Virus record (IMG/VR): IMGVR_UViG_3300045974_000806
Coordinates: 46,272-110,271 of that record
DNA: 64,000 nt
Reading direction: 5' to 3' (one strand)
Source: a virus
Shown here: positions 9,718 through 18,749 of the stretch, in pieces
Position numbering within the stretch: the first letter of the stretch is position 1
Layout of the letters: the number at the start of each line of letters is the position of its first letter
Program-made: the position numbers and the translations under genes
Notes under the pieces: model-generated
Databases searched by the model: none
What the model saw: only the letters and a program-made list of their open reading frames with translations
Told to the model about the DNA's origin: nothing

Positions 9718-10329
9718 ATGCTGAACTTCGCCGCCCTCTCTGCCGACCCCCACGCCCTGGCCGCCCTGGATGACCTGCTGGCCAGCAACACGGGCTTCCC
9801 CACGTTCCAGGCCCTACTGGACGCCAAGGGCTCCTACCGCCCCACCGTGGACGTCTCCACGCCGGAGATGGCCTTCCTGGCGGATGCGTATGACGCGGCC
9901 ATGACCGCCCGCGGTGACGCCCGCCGCGCCTACCGCACGGGCAACCGCGTTGCGGCCCTGGTGGAGCGCACCGCGTTTGTGCCGGCCGCGGCCCTGGTGC
10001 CCGGGGAGGAGATTGAGGTGGAGGCGAACCAAGGTATGCGCCCCGCCGTGGTCCTGGCCGTCCTGGGCCAGCGCGCCCTGGCGGAATACACCATGCCGGC
10101 TGGCACCACCGCGCTGATGGTCCTCGACCTGGGCAAGAGCGCGCGGATGTTCACGCAGGCCGCCACCTCCCCCTCCTACCGGACCTGCCCGCGCAAGTGG
10201 CTGGTGGCCATGGTGGCCGCCGGCACGCAGTGGGAGGGCAACGGGCAGCAAGGCGGCGCCCTGTCCTTTGCCAAGGCCCTGGAACTGGCCGGCGTGTCCT
10301 CAACGCCCGCCCAGAAGGAGTTGTTCTAA
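9718..10329 (+). CDS. hypothetical protein sharing a domain with the 3021-aa protein
   Basis: RBS GGAG; NQGMRPA..EYTMPAGTT..PSYRTCPRKWL recurs at about 50580-50860. Confidence 0.75.
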   Translation: MLNFAALSADPHALAALDDLLASNTGFPTFQALLDAKGSYRPTVDVSTPEMAFLADAYDAAMTARGDARRAYRTGNRVAALVERTAFVPAAALVPGEEIEVEANQGMRPAVVLAVLGQRALAEYTMPAGTTALMVLDLGKSARMFTQAATSPSYRTCPRKWLVAMVAAGTQWEGNGQQGGALSFAKALELAGVSSTPAQKELF

Positions 10330-10607
10330 TGCGCGGTGACCTGTTGGAGACGGTGCTGGACGATTCCGCGGCCCTGGGTGATTCCGGAAAGCTGCGCCGC
10401 CTGGAAGCCCGGTGGCGCCAGCGCGCGGCCATGATGGCCCAGGACGGGTCCCTGGTGACCTGCCACGCCTGGGAAGAGGCCGCGGACGCCGCCCTGGCCC
10501 GGGCCGTGGCGGTGGAGTCCCGCCTGGGCGGCCGGGTGGACTCCGCCCTGTCCTGGGAGCGTTGGTCTGAGGCCGCGGTGCTGCGCTTCCGCGGAGGTGA
10601 GCCATGA
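10329..10607 (+). CDS. hypothetical protein
   Basis: TAATG coupling to upstream gene. Confidence 0.55.
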   Translation: MRGDLLETVLDDSAALGDSGKLRRLEARWRQRAAMMAQDGSLVTCHAWEEAADAALARAVAVESRLGGRVDSALSWERWSEAAVLRFRGGEP

Positions 10608-10837
10608 ACCCCTCCCACGCTGCCCAGGATGCCCCCAGCGGGCTTCCGGAAGTCCTGGCCTTGCACTGCCCCACCTGCGCCCGTGCGCAGCGCCCTGCGC
10701 CCCTCATGCGCGCTGCAACGCTGCTGTGCCGGCGGACCTGCCCCGGCTGCCGGACCCGGTGGGTGCTGAAGGTGACCGTGATGCGGGTGACCGCCCTGGG
10801 CGCCATGCACCACCTTGAGTGGACCGTTGCCGCTTGA
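10604..10837 (+). CDS. small Zn-ribbon protein
   Basis: CPTC...CPGC; RBS GGAGG. Confidence 0.55.
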   Translation: MNPSHAAQDAPSGLPEVLALHCPTCARAQRPAPLMRAATLLCRRTCPGCRTRWVLKVTVMRVTALGAMHHLEWTVAA

Positions 10838-11538
10838 AGATCACCGTGGGATAAGGCCGGCCCGGAGGTGGTGCTCTGGTACGGGCCGGCCTGACCGAGA
10901 CTGAGGCGGAACTTCTCCGGCTACTCCACCACGCCCGCGGGTGTGATGGGGTCCGGTGCTCTACCTGCGCCCGGATTGACCTGCGGCTGCAAGATGGCCT
11001 GCCCCACGCCACGGATGACCCCACCGCCCGCTTCTACGTGGTGGCCGCCGGCCTGGACCAACTGGTGCGCCATCTGGAAGGCGTCTACGGCATGATGGAG
11101 GGCGCCCTGCTGCCCCCAGGAACCCGCCGGGCCATGCACGTGGCCGTTGAGGGGACCCACCGCATCCTGAGCCTGCTGCGCCTGCCCGCGGGCAAGGAGG
11201 AGAACCCCCTTGACTCAAGCCCCCCAACGCCGCCCCCGGACCCCGTTGCAGACCGCCCAGCGCGAGGCGGCATCCCTCCGCCAGGAACTGGAAGACCTCC
11301 GGCTACGTTTCGCCATCCTGTCACGGGACAAGTCATTGTCCGACGAGCGATTGTCCTCCACTTCAAAGGCCCTTGATCGCCTGGACGCGGAACTGGCCGC
11401 GGTGCGGGCTCAAAGCGCGGCCCTGATGCTTTGGGCCACCGGTGGAATCAAAGGCGCCAAGCAGGTCAACCGGGAGTCCGCTTGAAGTGACGCCGGAGGC
11501 CCAGCGGTGGCATGATTCGCGTGGAAAGGGGAAGACCC

Positions 11539-12150
11539 ATGCGGATGTTCCTGTTGGTGCTGTTCCTGGCGGTGGTGGGTGGCAACGCAAGCGCGCAAAG
11601 TGATGCGTCCGTTCCGGATGCCCAGGTGGTGATGGACGCCGCGGTGGTGAACGTGGTGCCGGACCTGACGGCCCAGGTGGCCATCCCGTTGCCTCCCCCT
11701 GGTGCGATTCCGGAAGCCTCCCCACAAGAGGTGCTGTCCCTGGTGCGCCTGTTCACCAACGCGGTGAAGCACAAGGACTACGCCCTGGCCGCGGCGTTTG
11801 CCCTCATGGTCCTGGCCTGGGGACTCCGGAAGATGTTCCCGCGCCTGCCCCCACAGTTCATCCCGCTGGTGACCCTGCTGCTGTCCAGCGTGCCCACCAT
11901 TGTGGTGGTGCTGAAGAGCCCCACGGTGACCTGGGATGAGGCGCTGACCACGCTCTTTGTGGTGTGGTTCATGAGCGCCGGCCAGTGGGAGAACGCGGTG
12001 AAGGCGGCCCGGGACGGCGTGCCGGTGGTGCTGGCGTGGCTGTCCAAGCTGGCCCCGAAGAAGGAAGCGCCGGCCCCGGTGGACGTCACCGCGGTGGTGC
12101 CCGCACCTGCGCCCCTGCCCGTTCCGGAAGACAAAACGCCCAAGGCGTGA
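11539..12150 (+). CDS. membrane protein (signal peptide plus about 3 TM segments), possibly holin-like
   Basis: MRMFLLVLFLAVVGGNASAQ signal-like start; hydrophobic helices in the C-terminal half. Confidence 0.55.
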   Translation: MRMFLLVLFLAVVGGNASAQSDASVPDAQVVMDAAVVNVVPDLTAQVAIPLPPPGAIPEASPQEVLSLVRLFTNAVKHKDYALAAAFALMVLAWGLRKMFPRLPPQFIPLVTLLLSSVPTIVVVLKSPTVTWDEALTTLFVVWFMSAGQWENAVKAARDGVPVVLAWLSKLAPKKEAPAPVDVTAVVPAPAPLPVPEDKTPKA

Positions 12151-12177
12151 GACGTTTTGGCCCCTGCCCACTACCTA
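12147..12177 (+). promoter_or_regulatory. bipartite motif GTGAGACGTTT-N11-CACTACCTA, copy 1
   Basis: identical arms and spacing at 15333-15363; intergenic, upstream of an RBS. Confidence 0.55.
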
Positions 12178-12198
12178 TGGGAAAGGAGGCACAAAACC

Positions 12199-12771
12199 AT
12201 GCTGCTGAATGACTGCGAGATCGCGGCCCTGGCCGTTGAGCAAAAGATGATCACCCCGTTCTGCCCGGAGAACGTGTCCGAGAAGTACGGGAACAAGGTG
12301 GTGTCCTACGGCCTGTCATCCGCCGGCTATGACATCCGGCTGGCGGATGAGTTCGCCGTGTTCAGCCCAGTCCGGGTGACGGGCGCGGTGGACGTGAAGG
12401 CGTTCAACACGGACGCCCTGGTGCGCTTCAACGCGGATGTTTGTGACATCCCCGCGCACAGCTACGTGCTGTGCCGCAGCCTGGAAACATTCCGGATGCC
12501 GGAGGACGTGGCCGCCACGTGCGTGGGCAAGTCCACCTACGCACGCGTGGGATTGATCGTGAACGTCACGCCGCTTGAGCCTGGGTGGGAAGGCAACCTG
12601 ACGTTGGAGATCAGCAACAGCAGCCCGTGCCCCGTGCGCGTCTACGCCGGCGAGGGCATTGCCCAGTTGCTGTTCCACCGCCTGAGCGGCCGTCCGTCGG
12701 TCACGTACCGTGACAAGGGCGGCAAGTACATGGGCCAGCATGGCGTCACGCCCCCAAAGATGAAAGCCTGA
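12199..12771 (+). CDS. dcd: dCTP deaminase
   Basis: SYGLSSAGYDIRL, GKSTYARVGLIVNVTPLEPGWEGNLTLEISN, YAGEGIAQLLF. Confidence 0.93.
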   Translation: MLLNDCEIAALAVEQKMITPFCPENVSEKYGNKVVSYGLSSAGYDIRLADEFAVFSPVRVTGAVDVKAFNTDALVRFNADVCDIPAHSYVLCRSLETFRMPEDVAATCVGKSTYARVGLIVNVTPLEPGWEGNLTLEISNSSPCPVRVYAGEGIAQLLFHRLSGRPSVTYRDKGGKYMGQHGVTPPKMKA

Positions 12772-12775
12772 GCCC

Positions 12776-12997
12776 ATGGCGGACCCGCTCCGGAATCCTG
12801 GCCGCGGGGACGTGGTGGAATTGACGGATGGGAGCATGCGCGTGGTCCTGCGTGCGGATGAGGTGGCCATCACGTTCTGGGACCTTCCGGCCCAGCGCGT
12901 GTGGACCACATCCATGAAGGGCTGGCGCCAGCGGGCCAAGGGCGGCCGGGTCATCCTGGGCGCGGAGAGAGACAGCTACCAGCACCTGTTGGAGTGA
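12776..12997 (+). CDS. hypothetical protein
   Basis: short ORF in operon. Confidence 0.5.
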   Translation: MADPLRNPGRGDVVELTDGSMRVVLRADEVAITFWDLPAQRVWTTSMKGWRQRAKGGRVILGAERDSYQHLLE

Positions 12998-13162
12998 AGC
13001 CATGGAAGACCCGCGGTGGCTGCAATGGGTGTGGCGCGTGCTCCGGCGCGTGGACATCCACGTGGACTTCATCACCACGGAAGAAGCGGCCCAGGAACTG
13101 CTGGGGCGCGAGGTTCGGTTCATCTGGCGGCCGGTGATCCACACCGGCGAGGAGGAGTGACC

Positions 13163-13798
13163 ATGTATGTGGCTGTTGAGGGAATCATTGGAGCAGGCAA
13201 GAGCACCCTGGCCCAGCATCTGGCCAAACGCATGGACTGGCGCATGCTGGCGGAACCCATCGACGGGAACCCGCTGCTGGGCAAGTTCTACGAGGACAGC
13301 GCGCGGTGGGCGTTCACCATGCAGATCCGGATGCTGCATGACCGCTACCGACTCCAACAGGTGGCCGCGCATGACCACCAACCGTGCGTGCTGGACCGGT
13401 CCCTCCCAGGTGACCGCGTGTTCGCCAAGCTGCAAGTGGACTACGGCAACATGCACCCCTTGGAGTGGGAAACCTACGAACGCTGCTACTACGCCATGAG
13501 CGCCATCCGCCCGCCCATGGTGATGGTCTACCTGCGCGTGAACCCCGACGTGGCCATGCAGCGGATGGTGACCCGCGCGCGGGACGTGGAGCGGCACTTG
13601 CCGGTGGAGTACCTGCGGGACCTCGCGCGTGGGTATGACGACCTGATTGCCCAGATTGAATCCGGAAAGCACGCCTGGGGCCGCGGCATCTCTGTGCTCA
13701 CGGTGAACTGGGACAAGCAGATCACCGGACGTGACTACGTGGACACGCTGGACGCCCTGGTGCCGCAACTCACCGCGGCCATGGAGGGGCGTGTCTGA
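13163..13798 (+). CDS. deoxynucleoside kinase
   Basis: VEGIIGAGKST P-loop, EP..NPLLGKFYED, LDRS, RARDVE lid. Confidence 0.9.
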   Translation: MYVAVEGIIGAGKSTLAQHLAKRMDWRMLAEPIDGNPLLGKFYEDSARWAFTMQIRMLHDRYRLQQVAAHDHQPCVLDRSLPGDRVFAKLQVDYGNMHPLEWETYERCYYAMSAIRPPMVMVYLRVNPDVAMQRMVTRARDVERHLPVEYLRDLARGYDDLIAQIESGKHAWGRGISVLTVNWDKQITGRDYVDTLDALVPQLTAAMEGRV

Positions 13799-14124
13799 TG
13801 CCGGCGGCCCCGCACCTGCGTTCCAGCACGGCCAGGCAACTGCGCACGTCATGGCAGTTGCTGGCCCTGATAGCGGAGCGCCCGCGGACGGAGACGGAAC
13901 TGGCCAAGCACCTGGGGGTGCCCCGCACCCTGGTGTGGCGCCACGTCCAGGCCATGCGCCAAGCCGGCATGCCCTTGGAAGCCGTGCCGGACCCCGCCTG
14001 GGGAGGAAAGCGCCGGCTGTGGCGCCTGTCCGGAATCATTCCCTGGCGGGTTCCGGAACGCGGCCTGGACCCGGAGATCAAGCCTGATCCGGCCGAGTGC
14101 TTTTTGTCTTGCCTTCCGGAATGA
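13798..14124 (+). CDS. HTH DNA-binding protein
   Basis: TETELAKHLGVPRTLVWRHVQAMRQAGMPL. Confidence 0.7.
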   Translation: MPAAPHLRSSTARQLRTSWQLLALIAERPRTETELAKHLGVPRTLVWRHVQAMRQAGMPLEAVPDPAWGGKRRLWRLSGIIPWRVPERGLDPEIKPDPAECFLSCLPE

Positions 14125-14138
14125 AGCCGGACTAGGGT
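14098..14138 (+). promoter_or_regulatory. conserved sigma70-like promoter, copy 2
   Basis: TGCTTTTTGTC-TTGCCT-N18-TAGGGT. Confidence 0.7.
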
Positions 14139-14179
14139 TCCGGGTTGCCGGAAGGACCGGCCACAAAAACGGAGCCACC

Positions 14180-14542
14180 ATGACCACCGCCACGTTCGTC
14201 CCCTCCTGCTTCTTCCTGCGCTCTGACGTCGTTGTCATCGGTTCCAACCCGGAAAGCGCGGACATGGACAACCCGCGCGGGAGCCTGTTTGGCTACGCGG
14301 TCTACGTGGTGGCGGAAGCGTCCAACGGGGAGCGCATGGCGCATGACCACACGTTCACGGCCAGCCGAGAGAAGGATGCCCTGGCCCGCGGGGAGGCCCT
14401 GCTGGCCCGCATCCAGGCCGCGGTCTTTGGTCACGGCCGAGACATTGACCCCGCGTGCTGGACGCCGTGTGAAGCGGCCTACGGCTCCAACGCCTACGTG
14501 GCGGAGGTGGCCATGATGAGCCGGGAAGAGCGCGCCCAATGA
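14180..14542 (+). CDS. hypothetical protein
   Basis: RBS GGAG; directly downstream of promoter copy 2. Confidence 0.7.
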   Translation: MTTATFVPSCFFLRSDVVVIGSNPESADMDNPRGSLFGYAVYVVAEASNGERMAHDHTFTASREKDALARGEALLARIQAAVFGHGRDIDPACWTPCEAAYGSNAYVAEVAMMSREERAQ

Positions 14543-14600
14543 CCTGAGCGGCCGGCATAGCAGGACGGGAGAAGGGCGCCGACTGGGGCGCCCGGACCCG

Positions 14601-17350
14601 TTGAGGAGGTGCCCTGTGAAGCGCGCCAGTTACCGTGAAGGAATCGAGTGCATTGCCCTGAACGATGAGCCCACCAGCCTGGAAGTGGAGGACATGGAGG
14701 CCATGGCGTCCGTGATGCTCCAAGCGGTCCTGTTCGGCGTCACGCAAGAGCGCGTGGCCAAGGACGTGGTGCGCTTCCGGAAGAAGCTGGCCAAGGCGGA
14801 GGCGCGCTTGAGCAAGCTGCACAAGATCCCCACGCCGGTGGTGAGCGGCCCCTGGGTGCTGGTGCATGCCGTGGGCAAGGCGCCCGTGTTCGTGGGGGAG
14901 CAAGTGGCCAGCCGGGCCGGCTTTCCGGACACGGTGCTGGGCGGCACCCCACCGCAGCACCCCGCCAGCACCGGCCGCGTGGCCGTGAAGCACGCCGGCG
15001 AGTTCTTCCCCAGCGTGTTTGGGATGACCTGGGTGCGCAGGGGTGAGGGCACCTCCCATGGGTGACGCCTGCAAGCACATTGGCCAGTGGCGCATGTACA
15101 AGGACACGGAGGGCTCCACGGTGACCCGCCGCGTCCTGTGCCTGGACTGCGGCGCCTGTCTGTACCGGGAGGACTGGCCGCTGGCGGACGTGGAGGAACA
15201 CGTGGCCCAGGTGAAGCGGGCCGCCAAGGCCGCCATTGCCGCCGCCCGCGGCCCCCTCCGCACCTGCATCCACTGCAAGCGCGCCTTGGATGCGGCCGGG
15301 GAATGCAGGGATTGCCCAGCACGCCGCCGGCGGTGAGACGTTTCAGGCCCAGAACACTACCTACAGAAGAGAAGGGAGAAACAGATGAACCCAACGGAGG
15401 CTTTCATGATGCCAGGAACCTGTGACGGATGCGGCGAGTCCCTGTGCCCCACCCACCACGTTTGCCATGCGTGTTCGGAAGGGGAGGCCAGTTTCACCCC
15501 GGACAAGCCCATCACGGAGCAGGTGGAGGAGTTCTCCAAGCTGGTGGTGGCCGCCCAACGGGTCCACGCGTCCCTGACCAGCACGCCGGAGGTGAATTGG
15601 CAGGCGTTCATCCCTGGTGGCCCCGCGCTGCACAAGGCGTGGCGCGCGGACATCACCAAGCTGGCCGGCACCCTGAACCGCGCCATCCGTGACGGCGCCC
15701 CGGGTGAGACGGGCACGCGCGTCCTGACCGTGGCCCTGTCCCTCACGGAACTGAACCTGTCCGCCAAGCAGGTCACGCTGAACGGCAAGCCGGTGGTGGG
15801 CGTGCGCATCCGCGGACCCATCCGCGCGGTGGAGTACGTCATCCTGGCCGTGGTGGCCGCACAACAGACGGCACCGCGCTCCAAGTACCTCCAACGCGTC
15901 CTGGGCGCCCTGATGCGGCTCTACGTGAATGGCGCAGGCCAGGACATCTACCCACCCATGAAGCCGCACCTGATGCACGCCCAAGCGTTTCCGGAAGGCA
16001 CCGCGGAACTGCACATGCGCGCTGGTGACCCGGAAGGGGAGGGGTGAGCCCATGGTGATGCCGCGTGAGACGGTGAAGGGCGGAGCGCCGGCAACGTGCC
16101 CGGAGTGCAACCGCACCGTGGTTCCGGAAGTGCTCCACAGCCCGGCCGGCTACTACGTGGGGACCATGTGCGGGTGCGGCCCGTACAGCCGGGAGTCCAC
16201 CTATTTCGCCACGGAGCCGGCCGCGGCCCAGGCCCAGGCCCTGGCCAGCGGGAGGTATGGACGATGATCACCCGGGAGCGGCTACGCCAGATGACCGCGG
16301 ACTTGGACAGCGTTGGGTTCTTCCGGAACGAGACAACGGAGGAACTACGCGCGCTGGTGTCGAGCGTCGAGTTCGCCAAGGACGTGGCGGAGCAGGACTG
16401 CAACTATGGGGACGGATGCCACGGCACGCACTCCCCGCGGAGCACGCCGGCACGCCACGGCCGTTGCACCGCATGCGCCGCGCGGCTGGCCCTGGGCCTG
16501 CCGGCGTCCGCGGAAGGTGTCTACCCATGACCATGGCCCAGGAAAGCTACGTTGAGCGCCCGTTCGTCATCCAGCACGTGGACCACCCCGGTGACTACGT
16601 GTTGTTCTGGAAGGGCAACCGCGCCGGCTACACGGTGAACTTGGATGAGGCCGGCCGCTACACGGAAGAGGAAGCGCGCAACATTGTGATGGGCCGTCCG
16701 GAAGTGGACGTGGCGCTGATGTTCAAGGACGTGGAGGCGGAAGTCCGGCGCGTGGTGCTGCGGGACCGGGCCTACTTCCTGACCAAGGTCTACGTGCCCA
16801 AGAACATCCACCCGCACACCGTGGTGGTGTCCCGCCGCGGTGGGCCGGATGACCTGTTCACCAACATCACCGTCGGAGGCAAGCCATGAGTGGATGGATG
16901 TTGCCATGTGGCCAGTGCATGGCCTGCAAGACTTCCGGAAGCGCCGCGTGCGAACGGCCGCTGAACTATGAGCCCAACGCCATCAAGTGGCGCCCAGGTG
17001 ACCGCGTGCTGCATGACGCGGACGCCAAGAACGCAGGCATGTTGATGCGCGTCCTGGCCAGGAACCGCAACGGCATGGTGCGCACGGAATACCTCGACCC
17101 CGTGTTGCAGAAGCGGTGGGGCAAGGGCCGGCGCTCCACGCTGATCAACCCGTTGGAGGCGCTGCATGATCCGGAACGGTTCGGCGTGTTCGAGGACCGC
17201 GCCCACGCTGCATGGCACCGGGAGAAGGCCGCCCAGTTGCGCGTGGCCATGGAGGAATCCACCGCGCTGCTGGACCGCGGACAGGTGACCCAGGCCGTCA
17301 AGGTGTTGGAGCGTTCCGGAGTCATGCATTGCCCCCAGTGTGAGTGCTGA
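14601..17350 (+). other. run of small coupled hypothetical genes (about 14601-15065, 15058-15336, 15385-16047, 16052-16267, 16264-16530, 16527-16889, 16886-17350), several Cys-rich
   Basis: ATGA/GTGA overlaps; CxxC pairs; start codons approximate. Confidence 0.55.
15333..15363 (+). promoter_or_regulatory. bipartite motif GTGAGACGTTT-N11-CACTACCTA, copy 2
   Basis: matches 12147-12177. Confidence 0.55.
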
Positions 17351-17372
17351 CCAACCAAAGGAGAGGAAGCCT

Positions 17373-18131
17373 ATGCATGCTCATTCAGAGGTTGTGCGCT
17401 TGAGTGAAGAACTGTCCAAGTATTTTTCAGAGATGCCTCTGCTGCCCCATCGCACGGGCTACACGCTGCACTCATACGGCGTGGCAGCCAATGGTGTTCC
17501 CTGGTGGCTGCTGCTCCACAACCGGGGAAAGTTTTTGCTGCGCCTTGACGGGGATGCCGCGGTGGAATGCTTTGATGACTTTGCAGCGGAAGGTGGGGCT
17601 GCGATTGAGCATATTGAGGACGTGCGCCTGGAAGCCGCGGAGACGGTCATTCGTCGGTTATACGCGCTGCGGTTTGCCATTGAAGAGTTGATGCCAGAAG
17701 CACGCCGGCGAGTGCTCCACAAGGGGAAGGTGTTTGCATCCCATGCGGATGTTGCCCTGGCCGCGGGCACTGGGAAGCGGCTCTATTGGGTGACGGACCC
17801 TTGGCACGACGAGGATTGGTTCGTGGTGGCGCACTCCCGTGCGGAAGCTGAAGCGTTTTACGTGGACTACGAGGGCATGACGTATGGAGACGCGCACGCA
17901 GAGTTCCTGAAGCGCATTCCGGAAGAGGCGTCCGTGCCGCAGGTACCATCCCATCCGGAGGTGGGGACCTTGAGGGAGTGCGGGCTCCGGAACGGTTCCA
18001 AGTCCACCTCTCAGCGGACCTGGGTGGACCCGGTAACGCAGCGTGCTTTTGAAGAGGGTGGGTTGCAGTCCGGCATTGACGGGGCGCTGGCCATGCGGGC
18101 ACGGGACAGCAGTGGGGAGCACATCCAATGA
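17373..18131 (+). CDS. hypothetical protein with atypical, lower-GC3 codon usage
   Basis: RBS AAGGAGAGG; ATG at 17373. Confidence 0.6.
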   Translation: MHAHSEVVRLSEELSKYFSEMPLLPHRTGYTLHSYGVAANGVPWWLLLHNRGKFLLRLDGDAAVECFDDFAAEGGAAIEHIEDVRLEAAETVIRRLYALRFAIEELMPEARRRVLHKGKVFASHADVALAAGTGKRLYWVTDPWHDEDWFVVAHSRAEAEAFYVDYEGMTYGDAHAEFLKRIPEEASVPQVPSHPEVGTLRECGLRNGSKSTSQRTWVDPVTQRAFEEGGLQSGIDGALAMRARDSSGEHIQ

Positions 18132-18563
18132 AGCGCGCGGTGATGCAGACCTGGGAACTGTATTGGAGTCCGGAAGGGAAGCGCATTGCCACCGTGCAGG
18201 CCAAGGACGCGCGCGCGGCAATCCGGAAGGCGCCCATGCCCTGGCGCCGCTACCTGGGGGAGATTTACGCCACCCCCGTGGGAGGTGCGTGATGGTGCAA
18301 GTCCTGACGGGTGACATCCTCTTTGACTTGCTCCAACACGTGCCGGTGCCGGCCACGGGCGGATGGGCCGGACCTGGGCACCTGCAAGCGGCCCTGGACG
18401 CGTTCCGGAACAAGGGCGCCCCTCCGGAACTTGAGGCCGCGGCCCTGTCCCGTGAGGTGGGAAGCTACGCGCTGGAATATGCGCTCATGAGGCCGGCAGA
18501 TCGCATTGACCAAGGGACCTTGTTGAAGGCGGTGCGCGTTGTGCGCGGGAAGGAGTGGCGGGC

Positions 18564-18749
18564 ATGAGTGACCTCAAGGCGCTGTTGCGGGAGTGCTCCA
18601 AGCTGGGCGTCCCGTTCGAGACAACCAACGGAGGGCACATCAAGTTCCTGTGCCCAGGTGGCGTGGTGTTTGCGGCCAGCACGCCGTCCGATTGCCGCGC
18701 GGTGAAGAACATCCGGACCATGCTCAGACGCAAGGGGGTGGCGCTGTGA
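18564..18749 (+). CDS. HicA-like small protein
   Basis: 61 aa; GGHIKF..ASTPSD.RAVKNIRTMLRR pattern typical of phage HicA-like proteins. Confidence 0.6.
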   Translation: MSDLKALLRECSKLGVPFETTNGGHIKFLCPGGVVFAASTPSDCRAVKNIRTMLRRKGVAL

